A stretch of DNA of 62,982 bases, the filler included, from Reticulomyxa filosa (taxonomy: Eukaryota; Protista; Foraminifera): NCBI GenBank assembly GCA_000512085.1. It is 12 parts of 12 records of this genome, joined end to end, with 100 filler letters (N's around TTAATTAATTAA, not from the genome) between each part and the next. Parts side by side here need not be neighbours in the genome. Positions count along the whole stretch, not along the records: positions 11,667 to 42,006 come from ASPP01046428.1; 11 more parts are not named here. One strand, 5' to 3'. Shown one piece after another: positions 11,667 to 22,436 of this stretch. Position 1 is the first letter of the stretch. Every line of letters starts with the position of its first letter. The notes beneath the pieces are model-generated. The model did no database searches. It saw only the letters and a program-made list of their open reading frames with translations, and was not told where the DNA came from. Both the position numbers and the translations under genes were made by a program.

Positions 11667-12745
11667 TATATTTCATTTAAGCAAATTATGAAAAGTTTTT
11701 TTTTATAAATCATATTGTAAATTTTTGTGTCAGTTCGTTTTGGGGGATTTTTTTTTTTTGCATGTTCATAAATGATTATGATTATTTCAATTAATTAAGT
11801 CGAACTCGTGAAAAAGAGTTGATACGATACTGTCGTTCAACTTATGGAGCAATACCCTCTCAGCCGAATTCAAATGTAGCGCAAGTTTTCTGAACGAAAA
11901 CTTTTGTTTTCATTTGCAAAAAATTATAATTATGTTTCAATTGTTTTTGTCATTACGATTACTCCTTTGAGCATTTGTAACAAATAATGCAAAATGCAAC
12001 ATATCATTTGCAATTTTTTTGCAAGATGCTGCGATACAATTATCAAAATATTCTGTATTACAACAAAAATTTCATTTTATCATATGAAGAAATGTTTTTA
12101 AGAACAAGAAAATGCAGTAACAAAATGATCTTTATGTCTCCGTATTTTTTTGTTTCATTAGTTGAAGCACCAAAACTTTATTATGGTGTGAACTTATTGA
12201 ATGGAAAATATTTTGTTTGTAAATCATTGCAACATGTCTTTGTGGTGCTTAGATATTAATATATTCAGTTGCATTCGAATAAAACAAATCAAGGCGAAAA
12301 ATCCTTAAACATTTTGCGTATCTTGAAAGCTGGGGAAAATGGTCAAAATTCAAAATTTATGACTCAAAGAAAAACAAAACAAAACAATTCACTTTTTATT
12401 TTTTTTAAATTATCGAAACTAATTTGTCAAAAGTTGTCAGTAGCAGAGCGTCCCAAAAGTTACCAAGAGTTTGTTTTCCCCGCAAAAGGGTGAAAAACTC
12501 CAGATAATAACTCTTGTTTGCTTTGATCATTTATTGATACTTGCGCAACCGATAGGATGGCAGAAGTTACGGATATTTCTCTTTGATCAATCTTTCTAGT
12601 TTTAAATGTTGCGCTTTTTTTGTTATACAGGCAACCGCGGCAGTTTCCAGCCCTAACGTTAGAATTTTTATTGCATAACAATAGAACACCAAAAGACTAG
12701 AATTTTCCCCCTCTAAAAAAAAAAAAAATCATACACAAAAAAAAT

Positions 12746-13034
12746 ATGACCCAAACAGCAAAAAGGACCATTGGTAGTTGTCGAAAAATCACCGAAATTC
12801 AAAACTAAATTTGAAAAAGACGTAAAAGCAGCAGTTTCAGGTGCTTTCAAAAAAGCAGACAATGGACAACACATAGTGCGGGAAATTTGCAAAACGTTGG
12901 AAGAAAAGCACATCAAAGTCAAATTTGCCACTGTCCAAAAGAATATCTGGGCTGCGTGGTGGGGCTACAACTGGGTGCATATGTCGTACACGAAAGAGGA
13001 AGATGTGTGGCATGTGTTTATTGTCTTGGATTAA
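12746..13034 (+). CDS. Small ~95-aa protein, possibly dynein-light-chain/ground-like fold; ATG at 12746 is one base out of frame (A-run 12760-12764)
   Basis: Clean ORF 12771-13034 with a helix-helix-strands pattern (IVREICKTLEEKH...WAAWWGYNWVHMSY...WHVFIVLD). Removing one A gives MTQTAKGPLVVVE. Confidence 0.45.
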
Positions 13035-13569
13035 AACCAAGGAACATTTGTAACTCGCTGTTGAACACAAACAGGAAAAAACATACGTATCAGCATTTTT
13101 GGGACAGACTCATAAGCAGGAAAAAAAAATGTTTCCCTTTTTTTTAAATTGTGCAGTGATCTTTTTTTGTTTCTAAAATTTCAATTTTTTGGGAGGTGTC
13201 ACACATGACCGACCTCTCACAAAATTTATGTTCCAGTTTACAAGGCAGGTTTTTTTTTTCTACCTGTCAAAGAAAAAATATTCACGTCCAGTCAGTTCAA
13301 AGCAGTAATGGATATGTTTCGACAGCAGCATTTAGTCAATGCTTTTTTTTGTCTGGTGCTGCTCAAAAGAAAAAAATGTCTTTTCTTTTTTTAAAAAAAA
13401 AGAAAATTTTTTCAGGATAATTGTTACATTCAAATAAAATATATTTTTCAAAAGAGAGGAAGAACTATTTGCATTCATCTAATATTTGAGATAGCAGTTG
13501 TGTTAGTTTCTCGATACAGTTTGATTATATCACAGTCAGAAAAAAAAAATGCAGAAAATGATTGACTAA

Positions 13570-14100
13570 CACTTGCCACATAAGCTCGACATTTGGTTCC
13601 AGGAGTGATCCAGACAAATATCCTGAGAATCCTTGCTGACCCATTTCACACCAATTCTTGGGATATGAAGTTTCATCTTGTGCAATAACGACATACACAC
13701 GTTACATGGATGAACATGGAAACAAAACAAAAATATAAAAATAAACTTGGTTGCCTTCTACAGCACAAATAGTTGCAACTGTCCAAATGGACTGGGAAGA
13801 CTCATTTTGCAAGCGAATATGTAACGAATGGCCTTTTTCAAATTTGAAAGATTGGGACGCTATTTCCGTCGATTGCCGTTTGACAATATTTGTATCCACT
13901 CCTTTTTCCCTTTTGCTGGCACTATTGATATAGGCATTCTCACTGTTACATGTTGTTAGTTCCTTACTGTTGGAATATTTGCACTGCTGCAGCTGCTCTT
14001 GTGTTTGCTCCGATCGGTGCACAGTCATTGGAGTTTTGGGGTAGTAATTTTTGTTCTTTTTTTGTTATTGTTGCTGCTTGTTTTTTAAATATTATGGCGC
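13570..14100 (-). CDS. Unknown spliced gene, possible Tudor/SH3-like segment; boundaries uncertain
   Basis: ORF 13702-14028 (FKFEKGHSLHIRL...WTVATICAVEGNQ) appears to continue after an intron as VYVVIAQDETSYPKNW... Confidence 0.3.
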
Positions 14101-14749
14101 ATTTATTTTATATTTATTGTTCGCTTGTTTTGTATTGTAAAAAACGTATTTTGTTTTGCTTTTTTTTTTGTTTACATCAATGCTTGGATGTTTGCGTTTT
14201 CCCAAAACCGACACACCCTTTGGGGGTAACAAATCGTTGTCAACAACCCTACTTTGATTGCTGTTGCTCATCTGCAGTTTGTGTTCGTTTTTTAAAAATA
14301 TTATGACGCGTTACGTTCACTTGTTTATGCTGTCTTTGCTTAATCATTTGTCAAAATGATCTTAATTATTTTAACAAATATTTTCGTCAAAATAATGCAA
14401 TCAACACGTAACTTTCCAAGAGACGGAAAACGACGTTTGAAAGAATGATTGGAAAAAAAGGTTCAGTTCTTACAAACACGTTTTTGTAACTTCTTTTTTT
14501 GTTACTGAAGAAAGCATTGAATCTGTATTAAGCAGACACAAACCAAAAAGAGGATAAATATGTTTTTTTGACTTTACTATAGCAAACTAAATTTAAATAT
14601 TTTTTCCTACAACTTCTTTAAAAACGAGGTAAGTTATACTCTAAACTGTATGAAATATCCTATTACTGACCTTAAAAATTAGTGAGAGCTTTTGAAACAA
14701 AGTAATTAAGTCGGCGCTACTTTTAAAAAAATCTCTATCATTTATTCGG

Positions 14750-15224
14750 ATGTCGGTACGTTCTCTATTTTATTTTTAGGGAAAGGGTAATGTTGGTTGC
14801 TAAATGTTGCTATATATCTTATTGGATTTAAAAATTAGCAAAAGAGCTCAATTTTGGACTTGACAAAACACATTGACAAACCGGTGAGAGTGAAATTTCA
14901 AGGTGGACGAGAAGGTAAGCTTAAAGCTTTGTATTTGTTTCAGCTTTCAAATAAGTATGAGATAAATATATACTTTTTGTAGTATTAGGAATATTGAAAG
15001 GATATGACCCATTGGTCAATTTAGTGTTGGATAAAGCTAAAGAGTACATTCGAGATCCCAACGATCCGTACAAACTCACTGACAAAACCAGAGAAATAGG
15101 GCTAGTAGTTTGCAGAGGAAGATCAGTTATGCTGATATGTCCCCAAAGTGGATATGAAGAAATTAAAAATCCTTTCCGCGACGACACTGCTGAAGATTTG
15201 GATGACGATCGACCTGTCATTTAA
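14750..15224 (+). CDS. LSM7: U6 snRNA-associated Sm-like protein LSm7; exons 14750-14755, 14839-14914, 14983-15224
   Basis: Spliced product MSQKSSILDLTKHIDKPVRVKFQGGREVLGILKGYDPLVNLVLD...LGLVVCRG-like (IGLVVCRG)...EEIKNPF matches the LSm7 consensus; GT-AG introns are in phase. Confidence 0.95.
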
Positions 15225-15597
15225 TCTTCAATTTTAAATCTTTATTTACTTTTTTTAGGTTTTTTTTGGACAAATCGCTCCAACAACATTGATTTACTTC
15301 TGTCATCATTCAAAACTATCTTTTTTCCCCTTCTGTGTTGATTTCTATTCATTACGACAAAAAATAAGCTTTCGACCGAATTCGGTTTCGACAAACATTA
15401 CTTTTAAAGCGTAATCTCACACAAACTAAGAGACGAGAAAACCTTCAAACAATAAAAAGTGAATGCAACTTGATTGAACTGAAATACAAATTTACCTTTT
15501 TTCTCCAGTACACGTCTACAAAGGACAAAAAAAAAAGAAAAGGGCTACCTGAATATTCAGTTAATTTTTCGAAATAAAAAAAACTCTTGAATCGGCA

Positions 15598-16539
15598 ATG
15601 CGGTCTTTGTATTGCAAGAATCGCGTCAAAAACGTGTCTAGACATTTTAGTTTGGATAGGACCGTATGGCGATATTTTAGTGTGCATGAAGAACAAGCAA
15701 GCGCCGCAACGCCGAAGCCTCTTAACTGGAAACAGATGCAAAATTTGTGGAACAAGAACAGTGCAAAGCAAAATCTGAAGACATTAGAGAATGACAAGAC
15801 AGGTAAGCGTTTGATAGACAATTTCCAGCATACCTTGTCCACAATGGACAGGCGTTTGAAGCACGTATCAACGGTGAACGACAGCTGTTTAGAGCAGCTG
15901 GAGCAAAAGTGCAGCCACTTGCACTACCATTTCAAAGTCGGATGGGAAAAACACAAGAACGTGTTAAATGAAGTGAAAATGTGCACGAACAAGCAAGTGC
16001 TAGCACCCTCCGAAAAAATGTTGGAGTATTTGGAAAAAATGGAGTCCTCTGTTGTTTCGATCAATGATTTGGAGTGGGTCATTCAATTCCCCTCCGATCA
16101 GTCGCTCCTTGCACTCACATCGATGGTTTCCCCCTTGCACCGCGTTGGGAATATCGACTGGCATTGCCAATTGCGCAAACAGTTTTTGCCGGCCGAAGAC
16201 AGGTACAAACTTGGACTCTTTTTTGGGCCATCCAAAATTCATAGTCGGGCTAAAGTCATGAGCGTCAAAGCAAAAATTGAGGCACCCATTGTTTGTAAAT
16301 CACAACTACCTTCCTCCACATCCAATGAGTGGAAAGAAGAAACTGAAAATTTTAAGTTAGATGCTGATTTTATTCACGCTGCTCCCGATAGCAGTGACAA
16401 AAGCTTCATGCTTCGAGGAAAATTTTTCCCTCTTTTGCAAGAACTTATTCAGGAAAATTCTGGAAATTTCGCTCCCAAAAATTTTGAAATACTTGTTACA
16501 TTTCGAGTTATTCACCAAAATGTTTGTTATTATTCTTAG
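15598..16539 (+). CDS. Intronless 313-aa protein: basic N-terminal presequence-like leader, coiled coil, C-terminal MATH/TRAF-like domain
   Basis: LEWVIQF...MVSPLHRVGNIDWHCQL...KLGLFF...VKAKI...RGKFFPL...FEILVTFRV follows the MATH strand pattern. Confidence 0.55.
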   Translation: MRSLYCKNRVKNVSRHFSLDRTVWRYFSVHEEQASAATPKPLNWKQMQNLWNKNSAKQNLKTLENDKTGKRLIDNFQHTLSTMDRRLKHVSTVNDSCLEQLEQKCSHLHYHFKVGWEKHKNVLNEVKMCTNKQVLAPSEKMLEYLEKMESSVVSINDLEWVIQFPSDQSLLALTSMVSPLHRVGNIDWHCQLRKQFLPAEDRYKLGLFFGPSKIHSRAKVMSVKAKIEAPIVCKSQLPSSTSNEWKEETENFKLDADFIHAAPDSSDKSFMLRGKFFPLLQELIQENSGNFAPKNFEILVTFRVIHQNVCYYS

Positions 16540-16902
16540 CACTATGCTTTTTTTTTATAGGGCATTTGAAATAATAAAACACACAGTAACAATTTTAAAA
16601 CACTAATTATTAAAAGCTTTTTTCCCTCACTTCATCTCTTTTCGATTTTTTTTGTAGCTAAAGTTATTTAAATTAATTTTAATGTTGTGATATCTGCAAG
16701 CAAAGGCAATATAAATGTAACTATTTATTTAATTATTGTCAATAAAAGCTCATGTAATAACTTCACCAAATGTAAAACAAAAATTTTTCAATTTCGGCCC
16801 CTTTTTTTTGTGTTTGGTCTGTTTACCCTTTTTCTTTCATTATTGATTTATCTCCCCTTTCTCTGTTCTCTGAGACAAATTATTCTTTCTGCGACCATAA
16901 GA

Positions 16903-18468
16903 ATGTCATCATCAGCGGACAAATATGATCCAGACAGTAGTATAAATCTTCTCGCACAGCGCAAAGGTTCCAGTAAAGCATACACTGACCCACCACACCT
17001 ACCGTTCCAAAACACAAACTGGAAAGCAAACAAAAACGATTTTCACTGGGTCTATAGTGACGAGCCCCACGCAACAAGACGCAAAGAGATATTGGCCGCA
17101 CACCCAGACATAAAGAAGCTCTTCGGTCCAGAGCCGCTGACAGCCTGGATCACCCTCGCTGTGGTCGCCTCTCAAGTATGGATCGCCTCTTGGATAGCAA
17201 CACAACCATGGTGGGTTATCATTTTGATCTGCTATTGCTATGGATGCACTGTGGTAATGTTTTTTTTTTATTACGGTCATGTGATGGACACATACCAAAA
17301 AAAAAATAAAATAAAAAACTTGCGAATAGTCGTTTGGTTTTATAAAAATAATTTATTTATTTTTTTGGTATTTAATGACGTGTATATATAATGTGTGTTG
17401 GATGTTCAACAATATCTGTTTGATAATTGTAAAAAACAAAACCTATAAAAAAATAATAAAAAAAGAACCACACACTGCAATTGGCTAACCATGAAATATC
17501 GCACAACTTGGTATTTGACAATTTGTATGCAAACCTGATTTTGGGAATTATTGCAGTTATTTTTTTTTATTTTTATGTATTTGTAAAAAAAAATTGTAAG
17601 TTGGTGATGTGACAATTGGGGGTGACCAATAGAACTTGGCAACGGGCATACCTTCGTCAGTCACATTTCGCATGTATCATATGGACCATCATCAATACCA
17701 AGGGGTTGACGTTGTGGACACAGATATTCCTTCTGAATTTGAATTGAAGGTTTTTCGAACACGCTTTTTAAAAGTTTAGTTTCCTTAAAAAAAAAAGAAA
17801 AATCTTTTTTTTTAAGGGATCTTTGATCAAACACTTGGATCAAAACCTACGAAAATTAAATGACGAACAAATAGTTTATATGGACGATTGGTCAATCCTT
17901 TGCTTATGGCTTACGTCCAGTGTTTACAGCACCAAAACCGATAACGAAACTGCAAGTGATAAATACTGTTGTTTGCATTGCTTTTGATTTGTGGATTTAT
18001 CGAAGTTTTGGCAAAGGGGCATTACTTTATTTAATTATTTGCTCGTTCTTGGGATTGGGATTTCATCCTAGTGCAGGACACTTTATCGCTGAACATTACG
18101 AATTTGTCAAGGGCTATGAAACTTATTCCTATTATGGAATCATCAACTTTGTCAATTTTAATGTCGGATATCACAATGAACACCACGATTTCCCTAAAAT
18201 CGCTTGGAGTCGACTTCCTTTGGTATTGCTTATTGTCTTTTTTTATTTTTATTATTGTTGTAAGGTGGATACAATCCAATTTCGAGTACCAAAAAATTTT
18301 TTATGTGTACCTCTGTACATACTTTAGGTTCGTAAAATCGCGCCTGAATGGTATGAGCATTTGCCTCATCATGAATCGTACATTAAAGTAATATGGCACT
18401 ATATCATGGACGAAGGAGTTGGACCCTGGAGCCGAATCAAGCGAGTTGGAACCAAAAAACAAGATTAA
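16903..18468 (+). CDS. DEGS1: Sphingolipid delta-4 desaturase (DES1/DEGS), multi-exon
   Basis: [65 protein letters not shown] His boxes; stop TAA at 18466-18468. Confidence 0.95.
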
Positions 18469-18966
18469 TAATTTTCCATTTTAAAACAGAATAAATACAG
18501 TAAGGGACACAAAAAGGACAGAGAAAAAGAAAGAAGGGAGAAAAATAACGTACTTTTTGTGAATTGGGGCTGTGATTTTTTTTTTTAATTTGTAAATCAA
18601 TCAGACCATTATCGAATAAATATAATTCAACAAATGGCGGTTGTTTCAATAAACTATTACTTTTGTAACGTGCCAAATGAAATATTTCAAGCCAGACTTG
18701 CAAAAAAAATATCAATTTTTTATCACGGTTTTATTTTTCGCATCGTTCAAAGCAAGCAAAACAAATACAAAACTTCAAAAAAAGAGATTCTAGATGTGTC
18801 ACATTTCTTTGTAATATTTCAAAATTTGTAAAAAAAGAATTTTAGAAATGATATAGGTTATGTTGCCAACACTTTTAAGGAGTAATGTTTATGATTTAAA
18901 CACTTAATGAATTGTAATTTTTTTTTTTGTGCTAAAAAAAGCAAATAAAAAAAAATTAATTTTTTC

Positions 18967-19802
18967 CTAACGGTTTAGAAACAAATTTTTTACGTTTTGA
19001 ATGGCAAGTTCCCATGTTCCAAAAAGTAAATGTTTAAGTTTTTCTTTTCTTTCTCTCATTTGATATTGATATTTTTTGTCAAGGGATTTACTTTTAAGAG
19101 GTTTGCTTTGTTTTTGTTGTCGTTTTTGTTTGATTTTGGAGTATCTTTCATTTTCTTTTTCAATAGCTAATCGTTCCTTATATTTTTCATAAGCAATTTG
19201 CTGTTCTCGCATCTGTTGTTTACGAATTTGACGCGATTTTAATTTTTTAAAAATTTTAGTGTCACTTTGTTTATCATCTGCACTCTGTGAATTGGTCGTT
19301 TTTTATTTGAATCATGTTTCTCTTGTTCGTCATCACTCTTATTTTCTTCCTCGTCTCTTGGTAATGAGTCATCACCCAAACGAGACAGCTCTTCTTTGTA
19401 AATTTCAAATGCAACTTTTTCATCGACTTTTATTTATTTATTTGTTTATTTGTTTGTTGGATTTGATTATTCCACTTTCTTTTATTTTTTTCCTCTTTTC
19501 AACTGTATTGAGCATATTTGCCACTCCCAAGCAGCTTCGTTTCATTGCTGTTGACGCTTTGTTTGTTCCAAAATTGATATGAAAAACGTTGGGACATTAC
19601 TATAATAATGCCTCCAAATATCATAAACATTAGAACAAAGTATAAGCCTATCACTATTAGGCCGCTTGAAGATATATCCAGTGTCGTTGGGATGTACTGC
19701 AGTAAGCTACTAAGGCCCAGATATTTGTCTGAAGATTGACCTGTGTGTTTCTTCAGTAGTTTTTCAAAGTCACTAAAACGTTGCTCCAGACGGTCTGCCA
19801 TT
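18967..19802 (-). CDS. Unknown single-pass membrane protein with a basic coiled-coil tail, probably spliced
   Basis: ORF 19499-19837 (MADRLEQRF... with TM helix GLIVIGLYFVLMFMIFGGIIIV) plus downstream ORF 18967-19212; the joins are unresolved. Confidence 0.4.
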
Positions 19803-20102
19803 TTTATTTGTACTCTTATTTTATGATTGATGAACAAATCAAAATGTTATATCCCTTTTTGATTGCGGCTATTCTTTGAGTGTAACGCTGGATACGCAAA
19901 TGAAATATAAACACAACGAACATGGTTTATTTTAAAATTGTTTAAGAGGATAAGCAAAAATTGAAAAGAGTTAAAAAGGAAAAAAAAAGACTTAGAATTG
20001 AACGTATAAACCAAAAAAGGTCTACAAAAGAAAGTAGAGTTTTTTTAAAACAAAACGGGGAAGATTGCTTTTTTTTTTTAAATATAGATAATTGTTTGAT
20101 AG

Positions 20103-21995
20103 ATGAATGCCGTAGCTCTACTGCGTTGTGCATTACACGAACATAAAATATTACCACCTTCAATACGAGAAGATGGAAACTTTTTGTACTTTGATGATCG
20201 CAATCATGAGTGTTTTGACTTGAACACACTGACACCATTGCTGGGTCCGAACAACAACCCATTGAGCCTAAAGCAAGTGTACTTGGTGGCAAAGTATTAC
20301 AAGACCGACGACTTTGCAGATTATTTGGTGGCCGTGAGTGATGCCGACCAAGTAAGACTCAGTGACTTGCGAGCCCTGAATCACTATCTTCACGGCCAGA
20401 CTGACATATTTCCAGGGCTGAGTCATCCAACGCCATTGGAGGCCCCACCATTGCCACCGCCGCCACATTCAGTGAAAATGGAGCAAAGCGAATTCGACAA
20501 TAATATCCAAACACAGGCAGCAACGACCACAATTCCAACAAAGGACAATTTGCACGAGCATATCGACTATGACAATAATAACAATAACAATAATAATAAC
20601 AATAATAATGGTGATAATAATAACAATGACAATGACAATGACAATGACAACAATAATTATTATAACTATGACGAATATCATTATGCTACTAATCTCAAGG
20701 ACGAATATGCAGCGGACCCCTCTTTCAACCCACGCTCTACTTATCCTCAGGACGAGTTTTCGCATGACATTTCGGACACGCAGTCCGCCAAAAAACGAAA
20801 AGACACAGTGGATGGGGGCGTCGCGGACTCGCACAGCCAGCCAAGGAAAAGAAAAAAGTTTGAAGTGGATCCCCCTTTCGCCTCTACTTTCTTATCATCT
20901 GTACCATCATCATCATCGTCGTCATCTTCTTTTTCTTCGTCCTCGACAATGATCAAGATAAAGAATCCCCCAGACGAAAGCAAGCTGAGAGAATCCTTAA
21001 GTGCAGGATATGATGACACTATTCCATTTTGGAAAACACTTCCCAAAACCCCAGCCTGTTCAGTATCCTCCTTTTTTTTTTTTAGTGTGTGCATGCATGC
21101 ATGTGCGACTATACAATAAATTTTTGAATAAGAAAAAAAAAAATTGAAATATAATATTAATTGTAATGTAGAGTGTGATAACAACGAACGCGGAAAAAAC
21201 TTGGACGAAAGATTACCGAAAGCAAATGCGAACGAACATCGATCGCAACTCAGTACTGACATCGCAGAACAAGAAAAGCTTTGATTCGATGAATTTGCAA
21301 ATGTTGAGAATCACTCGAGTTGTGGAAGATATGAAAAAGTCGAAGAAGCCTGTCCGTTCGACGTTTGTACCGTCGTTGGACGAGCTGCAAACCTCGCAGC
21401 GCACAGAAAACCCAATAATATTGGTACCCAATTGTTTGCAGACATTGTTAAACCCGACCAACGTCAAAGACTTTCTCGAAAAAGGGATTTTCAACAGACC
21501 CGTCAAAATTTCCGAATCCAAAGAAGAGCGTGTCTTTTTGAAAAAACCGAGTGTTATCGCAAAAGATAGCTCCTCCAAACTCGCTACTTTCGAAGTCGTC
21601 TCCACACCGTCCCCCGATGATTGGGACAGAATCGCTGCTGTTTTTGTCTTGGGTTTGTTCTTATTTTTTTTTTTAATTATGCATACATATATACATATAT
21701 GTATATGTATACTCATTCTTTCCTTTTTTTTTTTAAAAAAAAAAAAGGGAAACCATGGCAGTTCAAAAAGTGGCAAAACGGATGGAACACGCCCGAGAGG
21801 ATATTCAATCGATGTGCGGGGTTCTTTTTGCATTACAATGACGACACGCCGGGAGATCCGGTGCGACAATGGAGAGTCAAGTTCTTGCCCATTAGCAAGT
21901 CCAGCAGACATGAAGATGCCAAAGTGGCTCACGAATTTTGGAACACATTGTATAACAGTTTGAGAAATCATCCCAATAAACGGCTGTTTTACTGA
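20103..21995 (+). CDS. CDC73: PAF1 complex subunit CDC73/parafibromin
   Basis: N-terminal YLVAVSDADQVRLSDLRALNHYLHG, then RNSVL, PIILVP...TLLNPTNVKDFLE, and DDWDRIAAVFVLG|KPWQFKKW...ISKSSRHED across intron 21653-21747. Confidence 0.92.
20571..20665 (+). repeat. (AAT/AAC/GAC)n microsatellite, poly-Asn/Asp inside CDC73
   Basis: Visible directly. Confidence 0.85.
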
Positions 21996-22436
21996 TACAC
22001 CAAAGTCTAGATACAATACAATAATGGATTTATGTGACTTTTCTGTGTTTTTTTCTTTTCTTCCAAATTGATTTTGGATCGATCAAGTCACAACAACACA
22101 CTGAAAAAGATACAGATTATAGTTCATTTTTTTTATGAATTCAATTGGGGGAAAAAGAAAAGGGCCTACATTATATTTTTTTTCCTCATAGAATTTTTTT
22201 ATACCAAAAAAAATCAGTCTGCAAAAGAATCAAACCATCAATTGTAAACAGTAAATTGAAACAAAAACTGTGCATTGATATCTTCAAAAGCAGTTGAAAG
22301 TCTTCGATGAAAATTAATACTAAAAAATATTTTTAATTACTTACGATCGGTTTTAGGGGACGTTTTTTTGCCAACGTTCCTTTCCAAGAAAAAGGAGGAA
22401 AAGATAATTTCATTTAAATAATCACTTAAAAGAGAA

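Noticed and set aside
21213-22016. 267-aa antisense ORF over CDC73 (similarly 53377-53937 over the PHD gene)
   Set aside because: Shadow ORFs with no motifs; the CDC73 one reads through intronic homopolymers.
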